Shown piece by piece: positions 8,347-16,439 of a stretch of 26,897 bases of DNA (positions within the stretch are counted from its first letter, which is position 1; each line of letters begins with the position of its first letter). This DNA is from Archangium sp. Its GTDB lineage: Bacteria > Myxococcota > Myxococcia > Myxococcales > Myxococcaceae. The notes under the pieces are model-generated. The model searched no databases, had not been told where the DNA came from, and worked only from the letters and a program-made list of their open reading frames with translations. The stretch covers positions 1 to 26,897 of the forward strand of contig JANLPS010000548.1 of NCBI GenBank assembly GCA_031367385.1, in the 5' to 3' direction. The position numbers were made by a program, and so were the translations under genes.

Positions 8347-9633
8347 ATGCTGCTCACGTTTCCTCCTGACTTCACTTTTGGCGTGGCCACGTCGTCGTAC
8401 CAAGTCGAAGGCAACATCGAGAACGACTGGTCGGTGTGGGAGCGCGCCGGTCACCTCAAAGAGCCCGAGGCCCGCTGCGGCCCGGCCTGCGATCACTGGA
8501 ATCGATTCTTCGAAGACATCGACTTGATCGAGCAGACCGGCGCCACCGCCTACCGAATGTCGATTGAATGGGCGCGGGTCGAACCCGTGCGCGGCCAGTG
8601 GAATGAGGAGGCCTGGGAGGGCTACCGAAAACGCCTCGAGGCGCTGCGGGCCCGGGGCCTGCGCCCGATCGTCACCTTTCACCACTTCACCCACCCGCAG
8701 TGGTTTCACGATGAGACGCCGTGGCACGAGCCCTCATCGCTCGTCTCGTGGGAGCGTTACGCCAAACGCTGCGCCGAGCTGCTCGACGGCCTCGACGCGG
8801 CAGTGATCACCTTCAACGAGCCCAACGTGTTGCTGCTCGGAGGCTACCTGACCGCGATGACCCCGCCCGGCATCGCCAGCGGCAAGCTGGGGTTCGAGTT
8901 CTACGCGAACCTCGCCCGTGCCCACGTCATCGCGCGGCAGGCGGTGATCGATCGCGCGAAGGGCAAGCCGGTCACCGTCGGCATTTCGCAGAACATCATG
9001 ATGTTCGCGGCCGACCGAATCTGGAACCCGCTCGATCACGCGCTGGTGAAACTGACCACCGGCAACTACAACCACGCGTTCATCGAGTCGCTGGTCACCG
9101 GCACGCTCGACATCTCGATGCCCGGCGTGATGACCGGCAGGGCGACCATCGACGGCGGCGCCAACTCGATGGAGTTCGTCGGCGTCAACTACTACACGCG
9201 CACGCACCTGCGCTTCATCACCAAGCCGCCGTTTCTCGAGTTTCGCTACAAAGACCCGAACGCGCGCGGCCTGACCGACATCGGGTGGGAGTACTACCCC
9301 GAGGGGTTCGGCACGCTGCTGCGCCAGCTCAAGCGCTACAAGCTCCCGGTGTGGATCACCGAAAACGGGCTCGATGACCGCCTCGGCACGCGGCGACCGC
9401 AGTTCTTGTACGACCACCTGAACCAGGTACTCAACGCCATCGCCGACGGGGTGAACATCACCACCTACCTGCACTGGTCGCTGATGGACAACTTCGAATG
9501 GCTCGAGGGCTGGGGGCCGCGGTTCGGCCTCTACCAGGTCGACTTCAAGACGCTCGAGCGCAAGGCCACGCCGGGCCGCGACTACTTTCGGCAGGTCGCG
9601 ACTTCGCGCGTGCTCTCGCCACCGACGCCGTAG
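8347..9633 (+). CDS. Glycoside hydrolase family 1 (beta-glucosidase-like)
   Basis: Contains FPPDFTFGVATSSYQVEG, YRMSIEWARVEP, TFNEP (acid/base Glu), GVNYY, ITENG (nucleophile Glu), WSLMDNFEW and RFGLY. Confidence 0.95.
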   Translation: MLLTFPPDFTFGVATSSYQVEGNIENDWSVWERAGHLKEPEARCGPACDHWNRFFEDIDLIEQTGATAYRMSIEWARVEPVRGQWNEEAWEGYRKRLEALRARGLRPIVTFHHFTHPQWFHDETPWHEPSSLVSWERYAKRCAELLDGLDAAVITFNEPNVLLLGGYLTAMTPPGIASGKLGFEFYANLARAHVIARQAVIDRAKGKPVTVGISQNIMMFAADRIWNPLDHALVKLTTGNYNHAFIESLVTGTLDISMPGVMTGRATIDGGANSMEFVGVNYYTRTHLRFITKPPFLEFRYKDPNARGLTDIGWEYYPEGFGTLLRQLKRYKLPVWITENGLDDRLGTRRPQFLYDHLNQVLNAIADGVNITTYLHWSLMDNFEWLEGWGPRFGLYQVDFKTLERKATPGRDYFRQVATSRVLSPPTP

Positions 9634-9705
9634 CCTTTCGGCCATAAACAAATCGAACGATTCGCCGCGTGCCCCAAGGTGAACCTTTCGCTGTAGGGTT
9701 CGGTC

Positions 9706-11469
9706 ATGTCGAGCGCTCCTCCGGTCGTGCCCCAGTCTTCATTCATCGCGCAGCTCTGCTTCGGAGCGATCGAAGAAGACCTGATCGTCCCCTACCCGAA
9801 GATGAAGGCGTCTGATCAAGACACGTTCAAGCAGGTTCGCTCGGCGATCGACCAGCTCCTCAAACCCCACGAAAAAGATTTTCGAACGTGGGACGCGCGG
9901 GGCGAGCTGCCTCCGGAGTTCATCGAAGAGCTGCGCCAGTTCGGGCTGTTCTCGTTGGTGATACCCGAGTCGTATGGCGGCATGCAGATGTCGACGACCG
10001 CGTACTCGCGAACACTGCAAGAGCTCGCCAAGTACGACGGCTCGGTGGCGGTGACCATCGGCGCCCACTCGTCGATCGGCATGCGCGGGTTGTTGTTGTT
10101 CGGCAACGACGAGCAGCAGAAGCGCTTTCTGCCCAAGCTGGTGACCGGAGAAATGATCGCGGCGTTCTGTTTGACCGAGCCCAGCAGCGGCTCAGACGCT
10201 GCGTCGATCAAGAGCACCGCGGTGCGCGATGGTGACGACTGGGTGCTCAACGGCAACAAATTGTGGATCACCAACGGCGGCATCGCTCAGTTCTTCACCG
10301 TCTTCGCCAAGACCGGGCCGCAGGGCGACCGCGGCAACGTCACTGCGTTCATCGTGACCAAAGACATGCCCGGCGTCTCGGTCGGGCCGCACGAAGACAA
10401 GATGGGCCTGCGGGCTTCATCGACGACGACGGTGCACTTCGACAACGTTCGGGTGCCCGCCGCCAACGTGTTGGGTGAGGTCGGCAAAGGGTTCAAGGTC
10501 GCGATGAAGATCTTGAACTCGGGTCGCACCGGTCTGGGCGGCGGCTCGGTCGGGTCGATGAAGCGCTGCATCGCGCTGTGCACCAAGCAGGCGAAAGAAC
10601 GGGTGCAGTTCGGCAAGCCGATCGCCGAGTTCGGCCTGATCAAACAGAAGATCGGCCACATGATCGTCGACTGCTACGCGACCGAAGCGGCGGTGAACAT
10701 GGTTAACCACCTGATCGACAGCGGCCAGCAAGAATACGCCGTCGAGGCGGCCATCACCAAGGTGTTCGGGTCTGAGGCGCTGTGGAGAACCTGTGACGAG
10801 GCGCTGCAGATCGCCGGTGGCAACGGGTTCATGAAAGATTTTCCCTACGAGCGCATCATGCGCGACGCGCGAATCAACCGAATCTACGAAGGCACCAACG
10901 ACATCTTGAGGCTGTTCATTTCGCTGACGGCGATGAACGAGGTCGGCGGTGAGCTCAAAGAGTTGAGCAATTCACTCAAGGGCATCTTCGACAACCCGAT
11001 CAAAGGCTTTGGGGTCATCTCCGAATACGCCCGCCGAAGAGCGTCGCTCGCGACCAACGTGGTCAAGCGAGAAAAGTCTGAGTTCACCAAGCTGCACCCG
11101 GCGGTGCAGGTGCAGCAGGTCGTCTTTCAAGAGCTGACCCGCGACCTGGCGACCTCGGTCGACCGGGTGCTGCGAAAACATGGCAAAGAAATCATCGGCA
11201 AGCAGTTCGCGAGCCGGCGCCTGGCCGACATGATGATCGACCTGTTCATGCTGGCCTGCACGCTCTCGCGTGTCTCGACCTCGGTTTCTGAGAAAGGAGC
11301 GGCGGCGGTCACCAAAGAGCTCGAAATTCTCGAGGTTTTGACGGGCCAGGTGCGGCGCCGGGTGAGATCGAATCTCTCGAAAATCGATGAAAATGACGAC
11401 GAGCTGATCAAGTCGCTGGCCGACCATGCCCTCGACGCCGAGGCCTATATCTGGGACAACGTTTCGTAA
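9706..11469 (+). CDS. Acyl-CoA dehydrogenase, long form (ACADVL/ACAD9-like with C-terminal extension)
   Basis: Contains AFCLTEPSSGSD, LNGNKLWITNGG, EDKMGLRAS, ERVQFGKPI, ALQIAGGNGF and RIYEGTNDILR. At 587 aa it carries an extra C-terminal helical region. Confidence 0.95.
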   Translation: MSSAPPVVPQSSFIAQLCFGAIEEDLIVPYPKMKASDQDTFKQVRSAIDQLLKPHEKDFRTWDARGELPPEFIEELRQFGLFSLVIPESYGGMQMSTTAYSRTLQELAKYDGSVAVTIGAHSSIGMRGLLLFGNDEQQKRFLPKLVTGEMIAAFCLTEPSSGSDAASIKSTAVRDGDDWVLNGNKLWITNGGIAQFFTVFAKTGPQGDRGNVTAFIVTKDMPGVSVGPHEDKMGLRASSTTTVHFDNVRVPAANVLGEVGKGFKVAMKILNSGRTGLGGGSVGSMKRCIALCTKQAKERVQFGKPIAEFGLIKQKIGHMIVDCYATEAAVNMVNHLIDSGQQEYAVEAAITKVFGSEALWRTCDEALQIAGGNGFMKDFPYERIMRDARINRIYEGTNDILRLFISLTAMNEVGGELKELSNSLKGIFDNPIKGFGVISEYARRRASLATNVVKREKSEFTKLHPAVQVQQVVFQELTRDLATSVDRVLRKHGKEIIGKQFASRRLADMMIDLFMLACTLSRVSTSVSEKGAAAVTKELEILEVLTGQVRRRVRSNLSKIDENDDELIKSLADHALDAEAYIWDNVS

Positions 11470-11497
11470 GACCTATCTCTTTCAATCGAGCATCGCC

Positions 11498-12292
11498 GTG
11501 TCCAACGTTTCCCTCCCCGCTGCGCGCGCCTTGTTGGGCACGATCAGCAACCCCGAAGATCGCGCCAAGCTCGACCAGCAGATTCAAGCCGCGATCGCAG
11601 CCAAGGCGGCCACGGTCGAGGTCTCATGGGTTCACTCGGTGAGCAGCGACGAGTCGATTCGACTCGCTGCCGAGAAGGGCGACACGTTCACCCTGGCCGA
11701 CGGCCCCACGGTGAACCTGAACAAGTGGCTCAGGGCGCTGCCGTTGATCAAGGCAACTCCGTCGGCCAAGCTTGCCGACCAAATGGCCGAAGCACAGGGT
11801 CTGCTAGGCACCTCTGGGCTCAGCTCCCTCGAGCAGGCCAGGCTCCATCTGTTCGTCGCTGGCGCCGGCATCGAGCTCGCCGGCCGAAACGTGTCGGTGA
11901 AAGACAACGCGGTCGCCTCGATTACGTCGCTCATCACCGCGGTGAAATTGGCCCCCACCGATATGCCGGTGGTGGTCGCGTACGCCCAAGCGATGCACAC
12001 GATGGCGCATCTGCCCTTCTACACCCGGGTGCCCGCGAACCTCTGGCTCTCCGGCACCTTCAAGGCCGGCATCGACAGCCGCGAGGCCGAGGCGCTCTCG
12101 TTGCTCAAGAAACTGCCCGCTTCACCGTCAGCCGGGGTCGGCATTCGGGTGCTTGGTGCCCACCTCAAAGACCCCGCCAGCGCCGAGCTCGCGCAGAAGC
12201 AATTGGCCGCAGTACCCGACGATACCGTCAAGCTCCTCGAGGGCGAGTACGCCGAGCTGATCAACCGCACGAAGGAAGTCAAAGAGCGGTAA
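11498..12292 (+). CDS. Hypothetical protein, Ala/Leu-rich and probably alpha-helical
   Basis: Part of ORF 11426..12292. I chose the in-frame GTG at 11498 to avoid overlap with the dehydrogenase. Third codon positions are GC-rich. No motif recognised. Confidence 0.65.
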   Translation: MSNVSLPAARALLGTISNPEDRAKLDQQIQAAIAAKAATVEVSWVHSVSSDESIRLAAEKGDTFTLADGPTVNLNKWLRALPLIKATPSAKLADQMAEAQGLLGTSGLSSLEQARLHLFVAGAGIELAGRNVSVKDNAVASITSLITAVKLAPTDMPVVVAYAQAMHTMAHLPFYTRVPANLWLSGTFKAGIDSREAEALSLLKKLPASPSAGVGIRVLGAHLKDPASAELAQKQLAAVPDDTVKLLEGEYAELINRTKEVKER

Positions 12293-12344
12293 GCGCGAGC
12301 CAGTGAGCCCCGTGACGTGCTCCAAGCCTGGCCCGGTACAACAC

Positions 12345-12392
12345 CCATGCATATAATAGTCATGATTATAACCTTGATTATTATATGCATGG
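12345..12392. promoter_or_regulatory. AT-rich 48-bp imperfect palindrome, copy 2 of the element at ~7470
   Basis: CCATGCATATAATAGTCATGATTATAACCTTGATTATTATATGCATGG has 21 of 24 symmetric positions complementary, centred on TTA|TAA. It shares TCATGATTATAA-N11-ATATGCATG with copy 1. The regulatory role is inferred. Confidence 0.65.
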
Positions 12393-14266
12393 CGATTCAT
12401 TCTGCATCGCAGGGGCTGCGCGCGCTTTCACGAAGGCGTCTGCTCTGGCCGTTCGCCCTCGCGCTGCTGACGCACTGTGGGTCAACCGATGTGTCAATCA
12501 ATGCCGGGTCATGGGCCGACTCGGGCCACGACGCCGGGAAGATCGACGGAGGGCCCCGCGTGGCCGACGCTGGGTCAGCGACTGACGCCGGGCCCGCCTC
12601 ACCGGCCGACGCGGGGCCTGCCACTGCGCTCGACGCAGGGTCGTTCACGCCCATCGACGCCGGAGGGACCACCACCGTCGACGCCGGGCTCGCCTGCGGC
12701 ACGCTGGGGCTGGTTTGCTGCCGGAGCGCCACGTGCACCGCAAGCGGCCTGGTGTGTCTGAACAGCACCTGCCAACAAGCGGTGCAGCCATTCGACTGTG
12801 CGGGTGCGACGGGCGCCGTGTTCGTCTCCGAAGAGGCTCCTCCGGCGTCGATGGAGCCGTCGCAGCCGCTGAGCACCAGCGTGACCTTCGCCAATTGCAC
12901 CGCCGAGCTCTGGGTCGCGACGGCCGCCGGCGCGCCTGACGGGTTCAAGCTCGGGTTCGATGCTCCGAGAGACTCCGCAACCTGGGGCCCTGGGCGAATC
13001 GCACTGCCAGGTTCTGTCGCCCCCGGGCACACGGTCACGGTTCACATCAGCGGGCGTGCGACGCCGCTCACCGGGCCTGCGCCCTACCGCTGGGCCATCG
13101 TGCACGAAGGGTTGGCCTGGCTCACCGCCTCGAGCCCGCTGCACACCGTCGACGTTCAAGCCGGGCCGAAGACGGTCGCGCTGTGCCCCGGCGTGACCGC
13201 AGACGCGAGCGGAGCGGCCCCGGCCTCGGCCGCGATTCAAACCTGCATCGACGCCACCGCGGCGGGTGGCACCTTCTGGCTCCCCGCGGGCGTGTACCGA
13301 ATCACCTCAGCGCTGCAATTCACCAAGCCCATCACCGTGCGCACCACTGGCACCGAAGCGGCCCCCGAGAACTGCCTCGAGCTGCCCGCACCCGGCTGCG
13401 CGATTCTGCGCGCTGACGACAACCTAAACGTACCTCGGGGCTTCATTCGTTTCGGGGCCACCACCAACGTGACGCTCGACCACCTGGTACTCGACGGCAA
13501 CCGCGGGGCCCGGCTCTCGAGCGCCGTCGCAGCCACCTGCGCGTCGGGCACCAACGGCCCCGGGTTCAACGCAGCCACTGGGGGGTGCATCGGCTGCTCG
13601 TTCACCAACAGCGTCTCGGCGCGGGCGCTCTGCGGCACCGGCTGGGAGTGGCGCGGCGACCAGGCCACCATCACCAACTGTGTGTTTCGCGAGAACGGGG
13701 CTCACGGGGTCGCCAACATGTGGTCAGACGGTTTGACCATCAGCCAGTCAGACAGCGCGGTCATCACCGGCAACCGCTTCGTCGACAACAGCGACGTCGA
13801 CCTCATCACTGGTGGCGGCACCAACAGCGTCATCAGCAACAACACCATCGCCCACGTGACCCAGGCGGCCTTCGCCGGGTTGATGCTCGACAACTTCAAC
13901 GGCGGCACCTCGGGCGACTTCACCGGCGCCCAAATCGAGAGCAACACCGTGACCTGCGGAGCGCAGCAGTGCGACTTCGCGATCGAGCTCGGGCCGCACG
14001 CCTGGTACCTCTCGCCGAACACCATCGGCGGCACGCTGCGAGGCAATGTCGCCGTCGGCGCGAAGATCAACATCAACGTCGAAGGCGGAGGCACCGACGA
14101 GGCACCGCTGGTGCTGATCGACAACGTCATCGGGGCGGCTCCGGCCAAGGCCGCGTTCAACTGCGGCATGCACGACACCACCGCGTTCAACGTCAGCCCT
14201 GACTCCCGCGTTCAAGTCACAGGCTCGATGCCCACCGGCTCGGTCGAATTTCACATCTGCCCCTGA
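12389..14266 (+). CDS. Lipoprotein with DAG low-complexity repeats, NBR1-Ig-like domain and right-handed parallel beta-helix (pectin-lyase-like fold)
   Basis: Signal RRRLLWPFALALLTHC, then repeated DAG motifs (~12520-12690) and a Cys-rich segment. SVTFANC...W...LPGSVAPGHTVTV...YRWAIVHEGLAW resembles NBR1-Ig-like domains. AAIQTCIDA...GGTFWLPAGVYRITSAL is followed by Asn-rich repeats (ITGNRFVDN, ISNNTI, IESNTV). The start is uncertain; the in-frame ATG at 12389 was chosen. Confidence 0.8.
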   Translation: MAIHSASQGLRALSRRRLLWPFALALLTHCGSTDVSINAGSWADSGHDAGKIDGGPRVADAGSATDAGPASPADAGPATALDAGSFTPIDAGGTTTVDAGLACGTLGLVCCRSATCTASGLVCLNSTCQQAVQPFDCAGATGAVFVSEEAPPASMEPSQPLSTSVTFANCTAELWVATAAGAPDGFKLGFDAPRDSATWGPGRIALPGSVAPGHTVTVHISGRATPLTGPAPYRWAIVHEGLAWLTASSPLHTVDVQAGPKTVALCPGVTADASGAAPASAAIQTCIDATAAGGTFWLPAGVYRITSALQFTKPITVRTTGTEAAPENCLELPAPGCAILRADDNLNVPRGFIRFGATTNVTLDHLVLDGNRGARLSSAVAATCASGTNGPGFNAATGGCIGCSFTNSVSARALCGTGWEWRGDQATITNCVFRENGAHGVANMWSDGLTISQSDSAVITGNRFVDNSDVDLITGGGTNSVISNNTIAHVTQAAFAGLMLDNFNGGTSGDFTGAQIESNTVTCGAQQCDFAIELGPHAWYLSPNTIGGTLRGNVAVGAKININVEGGGTDEAPLVLIDNVIGAAPAKAAFNCGMHDTTAFNVSPDSRVQVTGSMPTGSVEFHICP

Positions 14267-14283
14267 ACGAACGCACCGCGGCG

Positions 14284-16413
14284 TTACAGGTGCTCCTTGA
14301 AGGCCCGCGCAATGCGCTCCCATTGGCGCTGCATCACCAGCGGCTCGGGCACCATGTGGGTCAAGTTCGCGAGCGGCAGCAGGTCGTGCGCCAGCCCGGC
14401 CCGAAACAGCGCGTCACTCAGCTTGAGCGAGTGCGAGAAATACACATTGTCATCGGCGGTGCCGTGCATCAACAGCAGCCCGCCCATCGACGCCTTCAGG
14501 TGCGACATCAGAGAGCTGACCGCGTAGGCCTTGGGCGCGTTCTGCGGCACGCCCAGGTACCGCTCGGTGTAGTGCGTGTCGTAGTCGAGCCAATCGACCA
14601 CTGGAGCCCCCGCCACGGCATAGCGAAACGTCTGCCCATGCTCGAGCGCGAGCAGCGCGGCCATGTACCCACCGAAGCTCCAGCCGTACACGCCGACGCG
14701 CTTCACATCGAGCTCAGGGTGCAGCGCAGCGAGGGCCTGCAACCCCGCGAGCTGATCAGCCATCGGCACGGTGGCGAAGTCGCCCGAAATCGCGCGCTCC
14801 CACGCCCGCCCTCGCCTCGGAGTGCCTCGCCCATCGAGCTTCACCACCACGAAGCCCTGGTTCGCCAGCCACTGCATCGCGAGGTTCGCGCCCATCGCGT
14901 GCGCCACGGTCAGCACGCCCGGCCCGCCATACACCCAGAGCACCACCGGGTATTTCTGGCCCTTCACGAAGTCGCTCGGGCGAATGAGCTGGGCCCAGGG
15001 CCGCGAGCCCGCATCGAGCTGAAAAATCTGCGTCGACAACGCGAGTGACGGCTCGAGCGCCACCGACGGCAGCTGGGCGACCATTTGCCCGTTCGCCCGC
15101 AGCACCACGGTCTTCGGCATCGCCGCCAGGCTCGTCACCGTCACGAGCATCAGCTCCGCCCGCTCATTGGTCGACGCCGAAAACGACACCGGCCCCTCCC
15201 ACGGCATCGTCACCTCGGCCAGCGCGCCCCCTTCGCTCACCCTGCACAGCCGAGACTGGGTCGGGTCAACCGAGGCCTCGACCAGCAACGTCTTGTTGCC
15301 CGCGTCGTACCCCACCAGGTGCCCGAAGCCGCTCTCTGGCAAAACCCACGTCGAGACGAAGTGCCCGTCAGCCCCGCGAAGCTCGACCTCGGGGCCTCCG
15401 TGCCGCTCGGTCAACCAGAAGAACCCGCTGCCATCAGGCAACCACTTGGGAAATGCCTGAACGGTGTTCACCCACGCGGCATCTTCTTCAGTCACCAGCA
15501 CGCGGCTCGACCCGCTCGATGCATCGACCGCCAGCAGCTGCGTCATGGTCTGTGCGCGGTTCTGCACCAGCACGCTCAGCGGGCCGGCGCGGGGCCACCG
15601 CACCGTCGCCACGTACGGAAAACGCTCACCCTCCCACGACACCGGCACGACCTGGCGGCTCGCCACCGTCGCCACATGCAACGTCACCGTCGCGTTTCGC
15701 TGCCCCGCGCGCGGGTAGAAAAATCGGTTGGGCTCGGCCTCGGGGTGCATCGGGTCTGAAATCGCCATGCGCTCGACGCCGGTGTGATCGGTGGTCTGAA
15801 AGACCACCTGCTTCGAGTCAGGCGACCACCAAAACCCTTCGAAGCGGTGCATCTCTTCTTGCGCGACGAACTCAGCGAGCCCATGCGGCCGCGTCTCGGT
15901 GCCTCCGCGCGTGACCGCCACCTCGACGTTCTTCGACACCTCGACCACATAGACGTCGTTCTCTCGCACGTAACCGACCCACTGCCCGTCGGGCGAAAAC
16001 TTCGCGTCGAGGCACACGCCGGGCCCGCTGTTCACCGCGGTCACCTGCCCCGTCTTGCGCGCGAGCACGTACGGCCGGCCCGACAGCGTCACCAGCACCA
16101 TCGACCCATCAACCGAGAGCCGAAACGAGCCGAACCCGCGCGCCGAAGAGCGTTGCCGCTCGAGGGCCGCCTTCTCGGCAACCGAGAGCGTCTCCGCCGC
16201 TCCGTTGAGCAGCGACTCCGGCGTGAGCAGCTCGCGGGTCACTCCGGTCGCGAGGTCGAGCTCGAACAGGGTCTGTCGAACATCAGTGGGCGGCGAGCGC
16301 AGAAACAGCACCGCCGTCGAATCAGGAGTCAGCACGGCCGCGACGGGCCTCCCGGCCAGGTAGCGGCGGGTCTGTGCGAGCTCGATCAAAAAATCAGTGG
16401 TCATGGCGCTCAT
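14284..16413 (-). CDS. S9B family dipeptidyl-peptidase IV-like serine peptidase
   Basis: N-terminal DPPIV propeller motifs AEFVAQEEM, FWWSPDS and YPRAG. Catalytic domain has VYGGP, DGRGT, GWSFGG (Ser), HGTADDNV (Asp) and THM (His). Start is ATG 16413 or 16404. Confidence 0.93.
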   Translation of the reverse strand: MSAMTTDFLIELAQTRRYLAGRPVAAVLTPDSTAVLFLRSPPTDVRQTLFELDLATGVTRELLTPESLLNGAAETLSVAEKAALERQRSSARGFGSFRLSVDGSMVLVTLSGRPYVLARKTGQVTAVNSGPGVCLDAKFSPDGQWVGYVRENDVYVVEVSKNVEVAVTRGGTETRPHGLAEFVAQEEMHRFEGFWWSPDSKQVVFQTTDHTGVERMAISDPMHPEAEPNRFFYPRAGQRNATVTLHVATVASRQVVPVSWEGERFPYVATVRWPRAGPLSVLVQNRAQTMTQLLAVDASSGSSRVLVTEEDAAWVNTVQAFPKWLPDGSGFFWLTERHGGPEVELRGADGHFVSTWVLPESGFGHLVGYDAGNKTLLVEASVDPTQSRLCRVSEGGALAEVTMPWEGPVSFSASTNERAELMLVTVTSLAAMPKTVVLRANGQMVAQLPSVALEPSLALSTQIFQLDAGSRPWAQLIRPSDFVKGQKYPVVLWVYGGPGVLTVAHAMGANLAMQWLANQGFVVVKLDGRGTPRRGRAWERAISGDFATVPMADQLAGLQALAALHPELDVKRVGVYGWSFGGYMAALLALEHGQTFRYAVAGAPVVDWLDYDTHYTERYLGVPQNAPKAYAVSSLMSHLKASMGGLLLMHGTADDNVYFSHSLKLSDALFRAGLAHDLLPLANLTHMVPEPLVMQRQWERIARAFKEHL

Positions 16414-16439
16414 GGTCAACAGTGTGAAAGAGAAGCTGC

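Noticed and set aside
12317..12388. N-terminal extension MLQAW...MHIIVMIITLIIIC of the 649-aa ORF, which looks like a TM helix
   Set aside because: It is the translation of the AT-rich palindrome and uses ATA codons that are rare elsewhere in the window. The reverse strand gives nearly the same peptide. A proper lipoprotein signal follows downstream.
7454..12392. Calling the block between the AT-rich elements a mobile element
   Set aside because: There is no integrase or transposase, no target-site duplication was seen, and the enclosed genes have host-like composition. It is kept only as a hypothesis.
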